DNA from: Deltaproteobacteria bacterium
GTDB lineage: Bacteria; Myxococcota_A; Polyangia; Fen-1088
DNA: 64,000 nt
Reading direction: 5' to 3'
Assembly (NCBI GenBank): GCA_016935975.1
Contig: JAFGPX010000176.1
Location: 6,372 to 70,371 of the forward strand
In this document: positions 28,214-38,561 of the stretch, one piece after another
Layout: each line of letters begins with the position of its first letter
How positions within the stretch are numbered: the first letter of the stretch is position 1
Notes under the pieces: model-generated
Seen by the model: only the letters and a program-made list of their open reading frames with translations
Databases searched by the model: none
What the model was told of the DNA's origin: nothing
Position numbers and translations under genes: made by a program

Positions 28214-29098
28214 ATGGACCACATCCGGGCCAAGACGGTCGTCACGAGCATCAATCGCATCAGCGGCGCACCGCAGCCGACCAAGGAAGCCTGCCTGGTC
28301 GTGATCTACGGCCACGAGCTCGGGCGCAAGCACAGCCTCGAAAGCCCTTCCGTGACCCTGGGTCGCTCGAACAAGTGCGACATCCAGATCGACCAGGAAT
28401 CGGTGTCGCGCGCGCACTCGAAGATCGTCAACATGGGCCGGGCGGTGCGGATCCGCGACCTGGGCTCGACGAACGGCACCTACGTCAACGACGAGCTGGT
28501 CGAGGAACGCACGTTGGTCGACGGCGACTTCATCAAGATCGGGCGCACGATTTTCAAGTTCCTGTCGGGCGGCAACATCGAGCGCGCGTACCACGAGGAG
28601 ATCTACCGCCTGACCACGATCGACGGTCTGACCCAGATCTTCAACAAGCGCTATTTCGCGGAGGCGCTGGATCGCGAGATCGCCAGGGCCAGCCGCTACC
28701 GGCGCGAGCTGTCTTTGGTCATGTTCGACCTGGACCATTTCAAGGACGTGAATGACACGCACGGTCACCTGGCCGGCGATGCGGTGCTCAAGACCCTGGC
28801 CCACACCATCAAGACCCGCATTCGCACCGAGGACATTTTCGCGCGCTACGGCGGGGAGGAGTTCGCCATCATCTTGCCCGAGATCGATGGTCACAACGCT
28901 CACCAGTTCGCCGAGAAGATCCGCCGAGTGGTCGAAACCTCCGAGTTTCGCTTCGAAGGGACCAGGATTCCGGTCACGATTTCCATGGGCGTGGCCACGC
29001 TCGACCTGGAAGAGCCGGCCGCGGCAGCGCTCGTCAAGCGCGCCGACGAAAGGTTGTACGAGGCCAAGACCGCTGGCCGCAATTGTGTCAAGGGCTAG
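28214..29098 (+). CDS. FHA-domain diguanylate cyclase (FHA-GGDEF)
   Basis: FHA signature: [25 protein letters not shown]...[18 protein letters not shown] domain: GGEEF, with an RxxD I-site ([14 protein letters not shown]). The ORF-track start at 28172 is a TTG codon and the first ATG is 28214. The start is uncertain. Confidence 0.85.
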   Translation: MDHIRAKTVVTSINRISGAPQPTKEACLVVIYGHELGRKHSLESPSVTLGRSNKCDIQIDQESVSRAHSKIVNMGRAVRIRDLGSTNGTYVNDELVEERTLVDGDFIKIGRTIFKFLSGGNIERAYHEEIYRLTTIDGLTQIFNKRYFAEALDREIARASRYRRELSLVMFDLDHFKDVNDTHGHLAGDAVLKTLAHTIKTRIRTEDIFARYGGEEFAIILPEIDGHNAHQFAEKIRRVVETSEFRFEGTRIPVTISMGVATLDLEEPAAAALVKRADERLYEAKTAGRNCVKG

Positions 29099-29164
29099 GG
29101 CATGCTTAAGTCTGCTTGTGCCCGTTCGGTCGGCGGGCTTGCGCAACTTCTCGATGGGGGGCCG

Positions 29165-30058
29165 ATGAATCTACACAAGGCAGCGCGGAGCATCGCGGCG
29201 ATGGCAACGCTTCTCGTCTGCGCCTTGATTCCAGCCGTGGCCCGAGCCGAGACCGAGGCCGAGAAGAAGCAGCAGGCGAGGGAGCGCTACGAGAAGGCAA
29301 CGCGCCTGTACGACGTGGGCAAGTACAGCGAGGCCATCGCGGAGTACGAGCAGGCATATCTGCTAACCGGCGACCCCGCGTTGCTTTTCAACATCGGCCA
29401 GGCCTATCGCCTCTGGGAGCATCCCGAGGATGCCATTCGCGCGTACAAAAACTACCTGCGGCAGCGCCCCGATGCCTCGAACCGCGCCGATGTCGAAAGG
29501 AAGATATCCGATCTCGAAAGAGTGGTCGAAGAACGCAGGCGGAGCGCGCCGCAGCAGCCCGACAGCACCGCGCCGCCGTCGGCCGGCTATCCGCCGCCGG
29601 TCGCTCCGCCGACGGGCTACCCGCCTGCGCCCGGCGTCACGCCGCCTCCGGTCCCGCCGGCGCCCGTGGACAGCTCCGAGCCGACTTCGGGGGGCACCGT
29701 CGAACAGATTGCGGCTTCCCCGCCGTCCAAGCCGGGGCCGAGCTGGCTCGTGTATTCGCTGTTCGGGGCGAGCGGCGTCTGCCTGGTCACGGCAGCGATC
29801 GCCGGAGCCGTGGGGGCGAGCAAGGCCAAGAAGCTGCAAGACGCCTCGGAGAACCGGGAGATCTTCGATCCCGCCGTCGAGGCCAACGGCAAGACCGCCA
29901 ACGTGTGGGCCGTCTCGGCCGGGGCGCTCGCCCTGGCCACCGGCGGCCTGGGCGGTTATCTCTTCTGGCGAGAACGCAAGGCGAATCGAGCGTCCGTTGC
30001 CGTCACACCCGTGTTGTCGCCGAGCTTCGCCGGCGGGTCGGCGGCGATCGTCTTCTAG
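29165..30058 (+). CDS. TPR-like periplasmic/membrane protein (module B)
   Basis: The ATG at 29165 gives MNLHKAARSIAAMATLLVCALIPAVARA. TPR-like segment: GKYSEAIAEYEQAYLLTGDPALLFNIGQAYRLWEHPEDAIRAYKNYLRQ. A Pro-rich linker is followed by two hydrophobic helices. The C-terminal tail VAVTPVLSPSFAGGSAAIVF parallels VALSPLLGPERTGVLVSGGF of module A. Confidence 0.7.
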   Translation: MNLHKAARSIAAMATLLVCALIPAVARAETEAEKKQQARERYEKATRLYDVGKYSEAIAEYEQAYLLTGDPALLFNIGQAYRLWEHPEDAIRAYKNYLRQRPDASNRADVERKISDLERVVEERRRSAPQQPDSTAPPSAGYPPPVAPPTGYPPAPGVTPPPVPPAPVDSSEPTSGGTVEQIAASPPSKPGPSWLVYSLFGASGVCLVTAAIAGAVGASKAKKLQDASENREIFDPAVEANGKTANVWAVSAGALALATGGLGGYLFWRERKANRASVAVTPVLSPSFAGGSAAIVF

Positions 30059-30071
30059 GGAAGGGGCGGAG

Positions 30072-31037
30072 ATGACCAAGAAGTTCGCGAAAGTGCTCGG
30101 GGCCGCGCTGGTCCTGCTCGGCCTGGGCGGCTGCTACAACACCTTGAACGTCAAGAACGGCGGCCTCGTGTGTGCCCCCAACGAAGAGTGCCCGGATGGC
30201 TTCGTGTGCATCAAGGACGGTCCGAGCGGTCAGCCGGGCCACTGCTGGAGGGAAGGGACCGGACCGGACGCGGGCAGCGGCAACACGGACGTCCTTGCCT
30301 CCAAGCCGGACGTCGCGAATCCCCTGGCCTGCACGGTCGCCAACGCGACGCCACCCTTCGGACCATTCGCGACTTGCAGCCCCCAGGACCGGGTCATCGG
30401 CAACAGCACCTGCGATCCGGTGTGCCAGTCGGGCTGTCCCTGCGACCGTCGCTGCGTGCTCGACACGGCGACCTACGCCAGTTTCCTGTGCGAAGACACG
30501 GCGCAGGATCCGGCCTCGTTCATACCCGTGCAGGGCACGTGCGACAGCCCCAATGCCGCGAGCTGTGCCCCGGGGTCGGTGTGCATTGCCGACGACATCT
30601 GTCCCTGGCTGTGCTTTCGCACCTGCCGCAAGGACATCGACTGCCCGAAGGACAGCCGCTGCTCCGTGCTGACCCTGGTGGACAGAAACAACCAGCCGCT
30701 CCAGGACCTGTTCTTGTGCACGCCGCCCATCGACAACTGCAATCCCACGGGCAGCGCGAGCTGCAGCACGGCGCGCGCCGATTTCGCCTGCGTCTTCCTC
30801 GCGGGCCTCACCGGGGTGGGCACCACCGACGCCACCGTCTGCGACTGTCGAACCACGCACGACAAGCAGCTGGGCGCGGCCTGCTCGACCAGGCCCGACG
30901 ACTGCCAGGCCGGTACGGTCTGCGTCGACGGCATCTGCCGGCAGATCTGCGATCGTCGCGCTTCGGGCTCGGGTTGCCCGAGCGGCGGCGGGTGCAACCC
31001 GATCTACGGCTCGACCGTCTACGGGTACTGCAAGTAA
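30072..31037 (+). CDS. Cys-rich lipoprotein (module B)
   Basis: The ATG at 30072 follows GGAG. Signal and lipobox: MTKKFAKVLGAALVLLGLGGC. The N-terminal motif is VCAPNEECPDGFVCIKDG. About 30 Cys are spread through the mature protein. Confidence 0.7.
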   Translation: MTKKFAKVLGAALVLLGLGGCYNTLNVKNGGLVCAPNEECPDGFVCIKDGPSGQPGHCWREGTGPDAGSGNTDVLASKPDVANPLACTVANATPPFGPFATCSPQDRVIGNSTCDPVCQSGCPCDRRCVLDTATYASFLCEDTAQDPASFIPVQGTCDSPNAASCAPGSVCIADDICPWLCFRTCRKDIDCPKDSRCSVLTLVDRNNQPLQDLFLCTPPIDNCNPTGSASCSTARADFACVFLAGLTGVGTTDATVCDCRTTHDKQLGAACSTRPDDCQAGTVCVDGICRQICDRRASGSGCPSGGGCNPIYGSTVYGYCK

Positions 31038-31041
31038 GGGG

Positions 31042-31917
31042 CTACCAGCCCGCGTAGATGATGGCCACGATGGCCACGGCGTAGCCAAGCAGGTTGATCA
31101 TGAAGGGGGCGTCGCTCAGCATCGAGTCGGTCGGGCTTTCCGCGTCGACCTTGCCGCGTAGAAGCCAGATGAAACGGTAGACGCCGAACAGGACGAAAGG
31201 CACGGTCAGGATCAGACGCCGGGTGCCGAAGAAGGAGTGGGCGTGGTGCGACTGGGTGTAGACGGCGTAGGCCAGTATCGTCGAGACGGCGAGCGAGTGA
31301 ATCAGGACACGGAGCACGTTCGGGTTGTAGCGGTCGAGAACCTTGCGCTGGTCGCCGCCCCGGTTGCCGCTCGCGCGCAGCTCGTGCGCGCGCTTGCCGA
31401 AGCCGAGGAAGCAAGCCAGCAGCAGGGTGCAGACGAGCAGCCAGCCCGAGGGCTCGACCGGAATGGCCGAGGCCCCGGCCAGCACGCGCAGGATGAATCC
31501 GGCCGCGATGCTGGCGACGTCGACGAAGGGAACGTGCTTGAGCCAGAAGGAGTAGGCGAGGTTCAGCACGAGGTAGGCGGCGGCCACGCCGGCCGGGACC
31601 AGTCCCAGCGCCAGCGCGAGCCCAAGTCCGTTGAGGGCGAGCAGCAGGGCCGCAACGCGCGCGGCCGGCACGGACAAGGCGCCCGAGGCGATGGGGCGCA
31701 GGCGCTTGAGGGGGTGAATCCGATCTTTCTCGACGTCCACCAGGTCGTTGATCAGATAGACCGCGCTCGAAATCAGGCAGAAGCCGGCCACGGCCACGCT
31801 GGTTCGCAGCAAGGCCTCCACGTCGTCGATGCGCCGGGCGAAGACCAGGGGCGCCACCACGAAGATGTTCTTGACCCACTGGTGCGGGCGCGCGGATTTC
31901 AGGATGGCGGCTACCAT
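31042..31917 (-). CDS. UbiA-family prenyltransferase, decaprenyl-phosphate phosphoribosyltransferase-like
   Basis: MVAAILKSARPHQWVKNIFVVAPLVFA, the Asp-rich motif NDLVDVEKD, and ~8 TM segments. The N-terminal RPHQWxKN motif is typical of the DPPR-synthase-like subgroup. Confidence 0.8.
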   Translation of the reverse strand: MVAAILKSARPHQWVKNIFVVAPLVFARRIDDVEALLRTSVAVAGFCLISSAVYLINDLVDVEKDRIHPLKRLRPIASGALSVPAARVAALLLALNGLGLALALGLVPAGVAAAYLVLNLAYSFWLKHVPFVDVASIAAGFILRVLAGASAIPVEPSGWLLVCTLLLACFLGFGKRAHELRASGNRGGDQRKVLDRYNPNVLRVLIHSLAVSTILAYAVYTQSHHAHSFFGTRRLILTVPFVLFGVYRFIWLLRGKVDAESPTDSMLSDAPFMINLLGYAVAIVAIIYAGW

Positions 31918-32026
31918 GGGACGAGGTCCGCAGGAGTGTACCCCAAACCGGCGACGGGTCTACCCGGCTGCTTCGGCTCCGGGCTTTCCTTCCCGGCTCG
32001 ACTTGTGCTATGGGGCACGGAAGCCC

Positions 32027-32674
32027 ATGAGCGACCGGGACGGAGACGGCAAGCCGCTCGCGCAGGCCAGCGGAGCGCTGGCCGAATTGAGCGACGACAT
32101 CCTGGTCGAGCGCGCCCGCCGCAAGGACGAAGCCGCGTTCGAGGAGCTGGTCGGTCGCTACGAGGAGAAGCTCTACCGTCTGGCCATGCGTTTCGTGCGC
32201 AACGAGACCGACGCGCAGGAGATCCTGCAGGAGGCGTTCCTGTCGGCCTGGCGCAATCTGCCGACTTTCGAGGGGCGGGCCCAGTTCGGTAGCTGGATGT
32301 ACCGGGTGACGGCCAATGCCGCGCTCATGCTCCTGCGCGGACGCAACCGGCATCCCGAGGTGGGCGTGGACGACGTCGAGCCCCATGCGCTCGAGGACGC
32401 CGTGGCCGAGAGCGGCCAGACGGCGCGGGGCAATTCGGATTGGGCCGGGCGCGCGGACGAGCAGTTGCACTCGCAGCAGCTGCGCCAGCACATCCAGGCC
32501 TCGGTCGACCGCCTGCCCGATGGGCTGCGCACCGTCTTCCTGCTGCGCGACGTGGAAGAGCTGTCCACGGAGGACACCGCCGAGTTGCTGGGCCTGTCCG
32601 TGCCCGCGGTCAAGACGCGTCTGCACCGCGCGCGCCTGATTCTGCGCGAGGCCATCGGGCGCCACTTCGCGTAG
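32027..32674 (+). CDS. ECF-type RNA polymerase sigma-70 factor
   Basis: Start at the internal ATG 32027. Region 2: EELVGRYEEKLYRLAMRFVRNETDAQEILQEAFLSAWRNL. Region 4 helix-turn-helix: FLLRDVEELSTEDTAELLGLSVPAVKTRLHRAR. Confidence 0.9.
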   Translation: MSDRDGDGKPLAQASGALAELSDDILVERARRKDEAAFEELVGRYEEKLYRLAMRFVRNETDAQEILQEAFLSAWRNLPTFEGRAQFGSWMYRVTANAALMLLRGRNRHPEVGVDDVEPHALEDAVAESGQTARGNSDWAGRADEQLHSQQLRQHIQASVDRLPDGLRTVFLLRDVEELSTEDTAELLGLSVPAVKTRLHRARLILREAIGRHFA

Positions 32675-32685
32675 GAGGAAGCGTC

Positions 32686-32710
32686 TTCACCAAAGAGAGC
32701 GCAGAGGGCG
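32686..32710. repeat. Solo half-arm related to the palindromic repeat family
   Basis: TTCACCAAAGAGAGCGCAGAGGGCG sits 12 nt after the ECF sigma stop. It closely matches 34563..34587 and resembles the repeat arm TTCACCACAGAGGACACAGAGG. Confidence 0.5.
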
Positions 32711-32788
32711 CGGCCTGCCAGGGGAGAACACGCGCTTCTTGTTGGCCTTACTCTCGCTTTCCGAATACCACTTCGATACACTTGCGCC

Positions 32789-34555
32789 ATGTCGAACTGG
32801 CGTTTGCGAGGTCGCCGGGGAGCGACGTGGTTGCCCGGGCTTGCGCTCGCCGTGCTCTCCGCGTGCGGTCGTACCGAGCCCATCCAAACGGTGCGTTGCC
32901 CGGCCGGGCAGCACGATGGCGGCGACGGCAAGTGCGTGAGCGAGAGCGTGTGTTCGGAGGGCTACTACGACGACGGCAACGGCGGTTGCTGGCTACCGGA
33001 CACCCAATCAGGCTCGCTCGACGTCTACCTGCCGGCAACGGCGAGGCGGCAGCTCGACATGCTGTTCATGATCGACAACTCGCCGGGCATGTCGGGCAAG
33101 GTCTCCAAGATGAACGCGCAGTTCCCCAAGCTCCTCGCCGCTCTCAAGGATCCCGTCGATGCCGCCTTGCCCGACCTGCGCATCGCCCTCATCTCCAGCG
33201 ACCTCGGCACGGGCGGCGGCTTTCGCTACGGTGCTTGTGCACCCACAACTCTGCCGGACGGCACCGTCAGTTTCGGCTACGGTGATCTGGGCCGTTTCCA
33301 GATGCGGACCTCGCCGGAAGCCTGCACGTTCGACGCGGGCGCTCTTTTTCTCGAGTACAAGAACGGCGCGCCCGTCAACTACCCCGCCGGCGTCGACATC
33401 AACGGCGTATTCGCCTGCCTGGCCAGCAATCTCGGCGAGCTCGGTTGCGGCGAAGAACACCAGCTACAGGCCTTCGAGTTCGCGCTCGTCGCAAGGGGGG
33501 TGGGCAACGAGGAACAGCAGCAGGCCTTTCTACGCGGCTCCGCGGTCCTGGCTCTGATCTTCATCACCGACGAAGACGATTGCTCTGCCGCGACGAACGA
33601 CGGCATGTTCGGGGATTTTTCAGCGCTGCGTGGGGAATCGGCCAGCTTGCGCTGCGCGACCCGCGGCCACGAGTGCGGGGGCCGCAAGCTTACCGAAGCT
33701 CCGCCCGGCTATCCGACGGTGGCGTCGTTTTCGCATCCCTTCGCGGACTGCAAGGCCAGGACCGACACCTGTGCGAACACTACGGACGGGGATCCCGAGG
33801 GCACCGATACCTCGGTGCCTACGGATTGCTCCCCACTCAAGGACATCAAGTACATGGCCGACGAGATCAAGGCGCTCAAGGACGACCCGGATCGCCAGAT
33901 CCTCGTGGCCGGCATCTTCGGCTGGCCGCTCTCCGACGCGGACATGGCGACCGCGAAGTACAAGATCGACTTGGTGCCCAACCCCAACACGGCCGACCCG
34001 CAGCATCCGATGGTCTACGACTACTGGCCGGTGTGCTACGATCCGGACCACGCTCCGAACTCGAAGGACGAATTCGACCCGGACGCATCGGGCTGGGCGG
34101 CAACGGGCGGCCTGCGGAATGCGGCCTACGTCGACGAGTTCGGCAAGAACGGACTGAAGTTCAGCATCTGCCAGCGCGACTATGCGGACAGCATGACGAC
34201 CATCGGTCGGACCCTGGCCGGCATGTTCCAAAACGCCTGCATCGATTTCGATTTGGCCGACGTGGATGAGGCCGCGCCGGGCCTGCAAGCCCAGTGCAGC
34301 GTGTTCTGGCGCTTTGCCGTGCCCGACCCCGGCGACCCGAGCAAATCGATCTGGCAGGAGGGGCCGCCGCTGCCTTCTTGTCCGGATGGCGCGACGGCCG
34401 CCACGGTGGTCGAGGACTGCTGGCGCTTGGTCGGCGACACGAGCCGCTGTCCGAAGAACGGCCAGCGCCTCGACGTCCTGCGTGCCGCCGGGAGCAACGC
34501 CGGCCCACCTGCCCTCGACCCGGCAACGAAGATCCACGCGCGCTGCCGGGTCTAG
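32789..34555 (+). CDS. Cys-rich lipoprotein with vWA-like (MIDAS-like) domain
   Basis: Lipobox LALAVLSAC. The segment LDMLFMIDNSPGMSGK resembles the start of a vWA/MIDAS fold, and a later ALIFITDEDD strand also fits. The assignment rests on motif resemblance only. Confidence 0.55.
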   Translation: MSNWRLRGRRGATWLPGLALAVLSACGRTEPIQTVRCPAGQHDGGDGKCVSESVCSEGYYDDGNGGCWLPDTQSGSLDVYLPATARRQLDMLFMIDNSPGMSGKVSKMNAQFPKLLAALKDPVDAALPDLRIALISSDLGTGGGFRYGACAPTTLPDGTVSFGYGDLGRFQMRTSPEACTFDAGALFLEYKNGAPVNYPAGVDINGVFACLASNLGELGCGEEHQLQAFEFALVARGVGNEEQQQAFLRGSAVLALIFITDEDDCSAATNDGMFGDFSALRGESASLRCATRGHECGGRKLTEAPPGYPTVASFSHPFADCKARTDTCANTTDGDPEGTDTSVPTDCSPLKDIKYMADEIKALKDDPDRQILVAGIFGWPLSDADMATAKYKIDLVPNPNTADPQHPMVYDYWPVCYDPDHAPNSKDEFDPDASGWAATGGLRNAAYVDEFGKNGLKFSICQRDYADSMTTIGRTLAGMFQNACIDFDLADVDEAAPGLQAQCSVFWRFAVPDPGDPSKSIWQEGPPLPSCPDGATAATVVEDCWRLVGDTSRCPKNGQRLDVLRAAGSNAGPPALDPATKIHARCRV

Positions 34556-34562
34556 TCGGAAG

Positions 34563-34587
34563 CTCACCACAGAGAGCGCAGAGGCGG
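34563..34587. repeat. Solo half-arm related to the palindromic repeat family
   Basis: CTCACCACAGAGAGCGCAGAGGCGG sits 8 nt after the vWA-like gene stop and ~45 nt upstream of full copy C. Confidence 0.5.
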
Positions 34588-34630
34588 GCGGGAGCAGAAC
34601 AGACGGCCAGGGACTAGCGCGTGGGCCGCG

Positions 34631-34751
34631 TAGGGTTTTCACCACGGAGGACACAGAGGCCGGAGGACAAGGGTTCCGGATCCGGATCCGAACCCCTTCC
34701 TTCTTCCCTTCCGTCTCTGTGTTCTCTGTGTCCTCTGTGGTGAAAACCCTA
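34631..34751. repeat. Palindromic intergenic repeat, copy C
   Basis: TAGGGTTTTCACCACGGAGGACACAGAGGCCGGAGGACAAGGGTTCCGGATCCGGATCCGAACCCCTTCC...CCGTCTCTGTGTTCTCTGTGTCCTCTGTGGTGAAAACCCTA. The terminal 15 nt are perfectly inverted. Confidence 0.85.
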
Positions 34752-34793
34752 GATCCCCCGCGCTCTCGACGCGATCCCCGTTATACTTCCCGC

Positions 34794-37700
34794 ATGCTCG
34801 TCTGGCGGTCTTGCCTGCGGGGCCGCCTCTGGGCGGCGTCGCTGCTCGTGCTCGCGCTCGCCCGTCCGTCCTGGGCGACGGCCGGCGTGGCCGAGGATCT
34901 GCTCGCAAGCAAGCGCGCCGAGTTTCGCCAGCGGGCCAGCCGGCCCGAGGCCATCGCCACCCTGGCCGCGCTGGCCCAGAGGCAGGACGACCTGCCGCCG
35001 GGTCGGCTGGCGCGGGTGCTCGGCGACGTCGTCGAGGGCCGGCTGGGCGGGCCGGTCGATCCCCTGGTGGGGGCGCAGGCTTCGTACTTGCTGTCCCTGG
35101 AGGAAGACAACCTCGGTCGCTTCGCGGAAGCGGCCGCGCGTCGCAAGGCCCTCGGCTTCCTGGCCGATGCTTGGGTGCTGGGGCCTTTCGACAGCCAGGG
35201 AAGAAGCGGTCTCGGCCGCGTCTTTCCCGTCGAGGAAGAGGGCAGGGCGATGGTCCCGACCGCGGGCAAGGAGTACGCAGGCAAGGAAGGGCGGATCGCG
35301 TGGCGGCGGGCGCCGGCCGAGGCCTTCGTGCAAGGGGCGCTCTTTCTCGACGCGCTCCTGCGTCCCGACAGCGACGCCACCGCCTACTGCCTGGCCTACG
35401 TGCACAGCGATCGCGACCGCCCGGCCGCGCTGCGCATCGGCAGCTCCGGCCCGCTCAAGGTCTGGCTCGACGGCCAGGAAGTCCTGACGAGCGACGTGGT
35501 GCGTCCGGCGTGGCCCGATCAGGAGACGGCGCCGGTCTACCTCGGTCGGGGCGCGCATCTCCTCGTGGTCAAGGCCGTTTCGGTGCGCGGCCCTTGGCGC
35601 CTCTACCTGCGCGTGACCGATGCCAGCGGCGCGGCGCTCGAGGGCGTTGCCTTCGACGCGGATGTGCCGGCAGAGATCGCCGCGGCTAGCCCCCGCCGCC
35701 ACAGGACCGTGCGCGCCCGCGATCTGGGCGCGCTTCTGCTCGCCCGGGCGCGGGTCTCGGGCAAGCCGGCGGCGCGGGCCTGGCTCGACCAGGCCTTCTT
35801 CTTGTCCCTGGTGACGCCCATGGATAGCGAACTGCACGCCGCCGAAGCCGCGGCGAAGAAGGCGCTGCCTGCAACGGGCGCCGGCCCGAGTTCCTCCGCG
35901 CGCGAAGCGCTTCTGCTTCTCGGCCGAGTCGCGCGCGAAGAAGACGACCGGCGGGTGTCGCTCGAGCGCGCTCTGCCGTACCTGGCCTCCGCGCAGGAAC
36001 GCGCGCAAACGTTGGCGGCCATTGGCCAGCTGTGGCGCAGCCAGGGCCGCGAGGATACCGCAGTGGCGGTGTTGCGGGAGGCCGTGGCCGCGGATCCCGC
36101 GTGCGTCCCCGCGCAGCTCGCGCTGGCCCGGGAGGAACGCCGGGCGGGCCTGGCCGCGGCGGCCCTGGCGCGGATCTCGAGGCTTCCCGACGACGCGCAG
36201 GCGCTGCCGGCCGTGCAAGACGCGCTCGCGGAGGCACTGATGTCCCTCGAACGGAGGCGAGCCAGCGAAGCCGTGCAGCGAGCCGCGCTCGCCACGCGGC
36301 GCATAGACGTGGAGCTGCTGCGCGAGTTGGCCAGCGCAGCTCGCGCGCGCGGCGATCCGGTCGAGGGAGCGGGCCTTCTGGCCGAGGCGCTGCGCTGGCG
36401 TCCGGACTTCACCAACTTGGCGGTGGACCAGGCCGCGTTGCTCGAAGGCAACGGCGACGTGGTGGGGGCGCGCGCGGTCTTGAGCCAGGCCAGCCGGCGC
36501 TTGCCCGGCGATGCCAGGTTGCTCGAGGAGCTTGGCCGGCTGGAAGCGCGGGCCGGGCGCATCGAAGCGGCGCTGGCGCACATGCGCCGGGCGTTGAAGC
36601 TGCGGCCGCAGAATCCCGGCCTGCGGCGCTATCTCGAGGCCCTCGCGAGCGAGAAAACGAGCAGGCGCGAATCTCGCGCCGCGGACGATTTGGCCAGCGC
36701 CTACCGGGCGGACGGGGAGGCCCTGGCTCGCGAGGCGATTTTCGGAGCGCCGGCGGCCGACGACGCATCCGCCGAGGTGCTGCTCGATCGCACCGTGGTG
36801 CGCGTGCACGCCAATGGGCTGGCCGAGCGTTTCGTCCAGCGCTTGGTTCACGCTCGCACCGAGCGGGCCGCGCGCGACAGCCGCGAGACGAGCGTGCGCT
36901 TCGAGCCCGGCCGGCAGGAAGTCGAGATCCGCAAGGCGCGCATCCTGCGCCGCTCGGCCGGCGGGGACCTCGAGATCTCCCAGGCCACGGGGCGCGACGA
37001 AGAGAACCTGTCCCAGCCGTGGTACGGGCTGTACTACGACGACCGCGCGGCCGTGGTCACCTTCGAGACCCTGCGCGCGGGCGACGTGGTGGAGGTGGAG
37101 TACACCGTGGTGGACATCGGCTACCGCAACGACTTCGCGGACTACTTCGGCGATTTCTCGGTGATCGCCGACGTGTGGCCCACGCGCCGCTGGGACTACA
37201 CGCTCATCGCGCCCGCGACCCGCACCTTCTACTTCAACCAACCGAAGTGGCCGAAGGTCGGCCCCCGGCGCGAGAGACGGGGTTCCGAGATGCGCTACGA
37301 GTTCTCGGCCGAACGCGTGCCGCGCGTGCGAAGCGAGCCGGCCATGCCCGGCTTCGCGGAGGTGGCGCCCCATCTCCACGTGAGCACGTACCGGACCTGG
37401 GAGGAGGTCGGCCGCTGGTACTGGAACCTGGTGGCGGACCAGATGCAGGACGACGGCACCCTGAAGAAGGCCGCCCTGCGGGCCACGGCAGGCGCGCGCA
37501 CGACGCTCGACAAGGTGAAGGCCATCCATCGCTTGGTCGTCGAAAACACGCGCTACGTGGGGCTCGAATTCGGCATCCACGGCTACAAGCCCTACCGGGC
37601 GACGGAGGTCTTCGAGCGGCGCTTCGGCGACTGCAAGGACAAGGCGACTTTGTTCGTGACCCTGCTCGGCGGCGTGGGCATCGACGCCGAGTTGGTGCTG

Positions 37701-38561
37701 CTGCGCACCCGCCGCCGCGGCCGCATCGACGAGGCGCCGGCCTCGCTGGCGGTCTTCAACCACGCCATTGCCTACGTGCCCGGCCTGGATCTCTACGTGG
37801 ATGGCACCGCGGAGTTTGCCGGTCTGGCCGAGCTGCCGGCCGAGGATCAGGACGCCATGGCCCTGCGCGTGTCGGCGCGGGAGGTGAAGCTGGTGCGCAC
37901 GCCCGTGCTGGCGGCGGAAACGAACGTGGCCTCGCGCAAGTGGACGGTGGACTTGCACGGGGACGGTTCGGCACGCATCGTCGAGGATCTCTTCGTCGTG
38001 GGCCAGGCGGCGCCCGAGTGGCGGTCCTACTACCAGACGCCGGGGGAACGCCGTTCGCGCTACGCCAAGGTGTGGAACGGGCGCTATGCCGGCACGCGGC
38101 TCGAGTCTGTCGCGATGGACTTGAGCGACCGCAACCGGCCGGTGCGGGTGCGTGCGACGGTCAAGGTGCCGCAACTCGGGGAGCGACGCGAAGGCAACGA
38201 GGTGCACCTGCCGACCAGCTCGCGCGAAGCCGATATGGCGAGCACCTATGCGCGCCTGGGAGAACGCCGCTGGCCGCTGCTCGTCGGCTACCCATGGCGG
38301 CACGAGGAAAGCGTGAGCTACCGGCTGTCCAAGGGAGCACGCGTGGTGCGCCTGCCCGCCGAACGCGCCGTGAAGAGCGCGTTCGGCGAGTTCGCGCTCT
38401 TCGTGACTCGCGGCAAGGACTCCATCGTGGCGAAGTCCACCTTTCTCCTGAACCACAGCCGGATCGCGCCCGCGGACTACGGTGCCTTCCGGGCCTTCCT
38501 GCGCGATACCGACGCGGCGTTGGCCGAACGCATCGTCCTCGCCTTCGGGAGGTCGCCGTGA
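34794..38561 (+). CDS. Giant secreted TPR / DUF3857-like / transglutaminase-like protein (catalytic triad apparently intact)
   Basis: The ATG at 34794 gives the signal peptide MLVWRSCLRGRLWAASLLVLALARPSWA. The middle is TPR-rich and a DUF3857-like region follows. The transglutaminase core reads FGDCKDKATLFVTLLGGVGIDAELV...FNHAIAYVPGLDLYVDGT. The Cys codon is at 37632-37634. Confidence 0.8.
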   Translation: MLVWRSCLRGRLWAASLLVLALARPSWATAGVAEDLLASKRAEFRQRASRPEAIATLAALAQRQDDLPPGRLARVLGDVVEGRLGGPVDPLVGAQASYLLSLEEDNLGRFAEAAARRKALGFLADAWVLGPFDSQGRSGLGRVFPVEEEGRAMVPTAGKEYAGKEGRIAWRRAPAEAFVQGALFLDALLRPDSDATAYCLAYVHSDRDRPAALRIGSSGPLKVWLDGQEVLTSDVVRPAWPDQETAPVYLGRGAHLLVVKAVSVRGPWRLYLRVTDASGAALEGVAFDADVPAEIAAASPRRHRTVRARDLGALLLARARVSGKPAARAWLDQAFFLSLVTPMDSELHAAEAAAKKALPATGAGPSSSAREALLLLGRVAREEDDRRVSLERALPYLASAQERAQTLAAIGQLWRSQGREDTAVAVLREAVAADPACVPAQLALAREERRAGLAAAALARISRLPDDAQALPAVQDALAEALMSLERRRASEAVQRAALATRRIDVELLRELASAARARGDPVEGAGLLAEALRWRPDFTNLAVDQAALLEGNGDVVGARAVLSQASRRLPGDARLLEELGRLEARAGRIEAALAHMRRALKLRPQNPGLRRYLEALASEKTSRRESRAADDLASAYRADGEALAREAIFGAPAADDASAEVLLDRTVVRVHANGLAERFVQRLVHARTERAARDSRETSVRFEPGRQEVEIRKARILRRSAGGDLEISQATGRDEENLSQPWYGLYYDDRAAVVTFETLRAGDVVEVEYTVVDIGYRNDFADYFGDFSVIADVWPTRRWDYTLIAPATRTFYFNQPKWPKVGPRRERRGSEMRYEFSAERVPRVRSEPAMPGFAEVAPHLHVSTYRTWEEVGRWYWNLVADQMQDDGTLKKAALRATAGARTTLDKVKAIHRLVVENTRYVGLEFGIHGYKPYRATEVFERRFGDCKDKATLFVTLLGGVGIDAELVLLRTRRRGRIDEAPASLAVFNHAIAYVPGLDLYVDGTAEFAGLAELPAEDQDAMALRVSAREVKLVRTPVLAAETNVASRKWTVDLHGDGSARIVEDLFVVGQAAPEWRSYYQTPGERRSRYAKVWNGRYAGTRLESVAMDLSDRNRPVRVRATVKVPQLGERREGNEVHLPTSSREADMASTYARLGERRWPLLVGYPWRHEESVSYRLSKGARVVRLPAERAVKSAFGEFALFVTRGKDSIVAKSTFLLNHSRIAPADYGAFRAFLRDTDAALAERIVLAFGRSP

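Noticed and set aside
32675-32788. Expected anti-sigma factor gene directly downstream of the ECF sigma gene.
   Set aside because: No ORF with a zinc-finger/anti-sigma N-terminal motif or single TM helix lies between 32674 and 32789. The next gene is a large lipoprotein with a signal peptide, not an anti-sigma-like protein.
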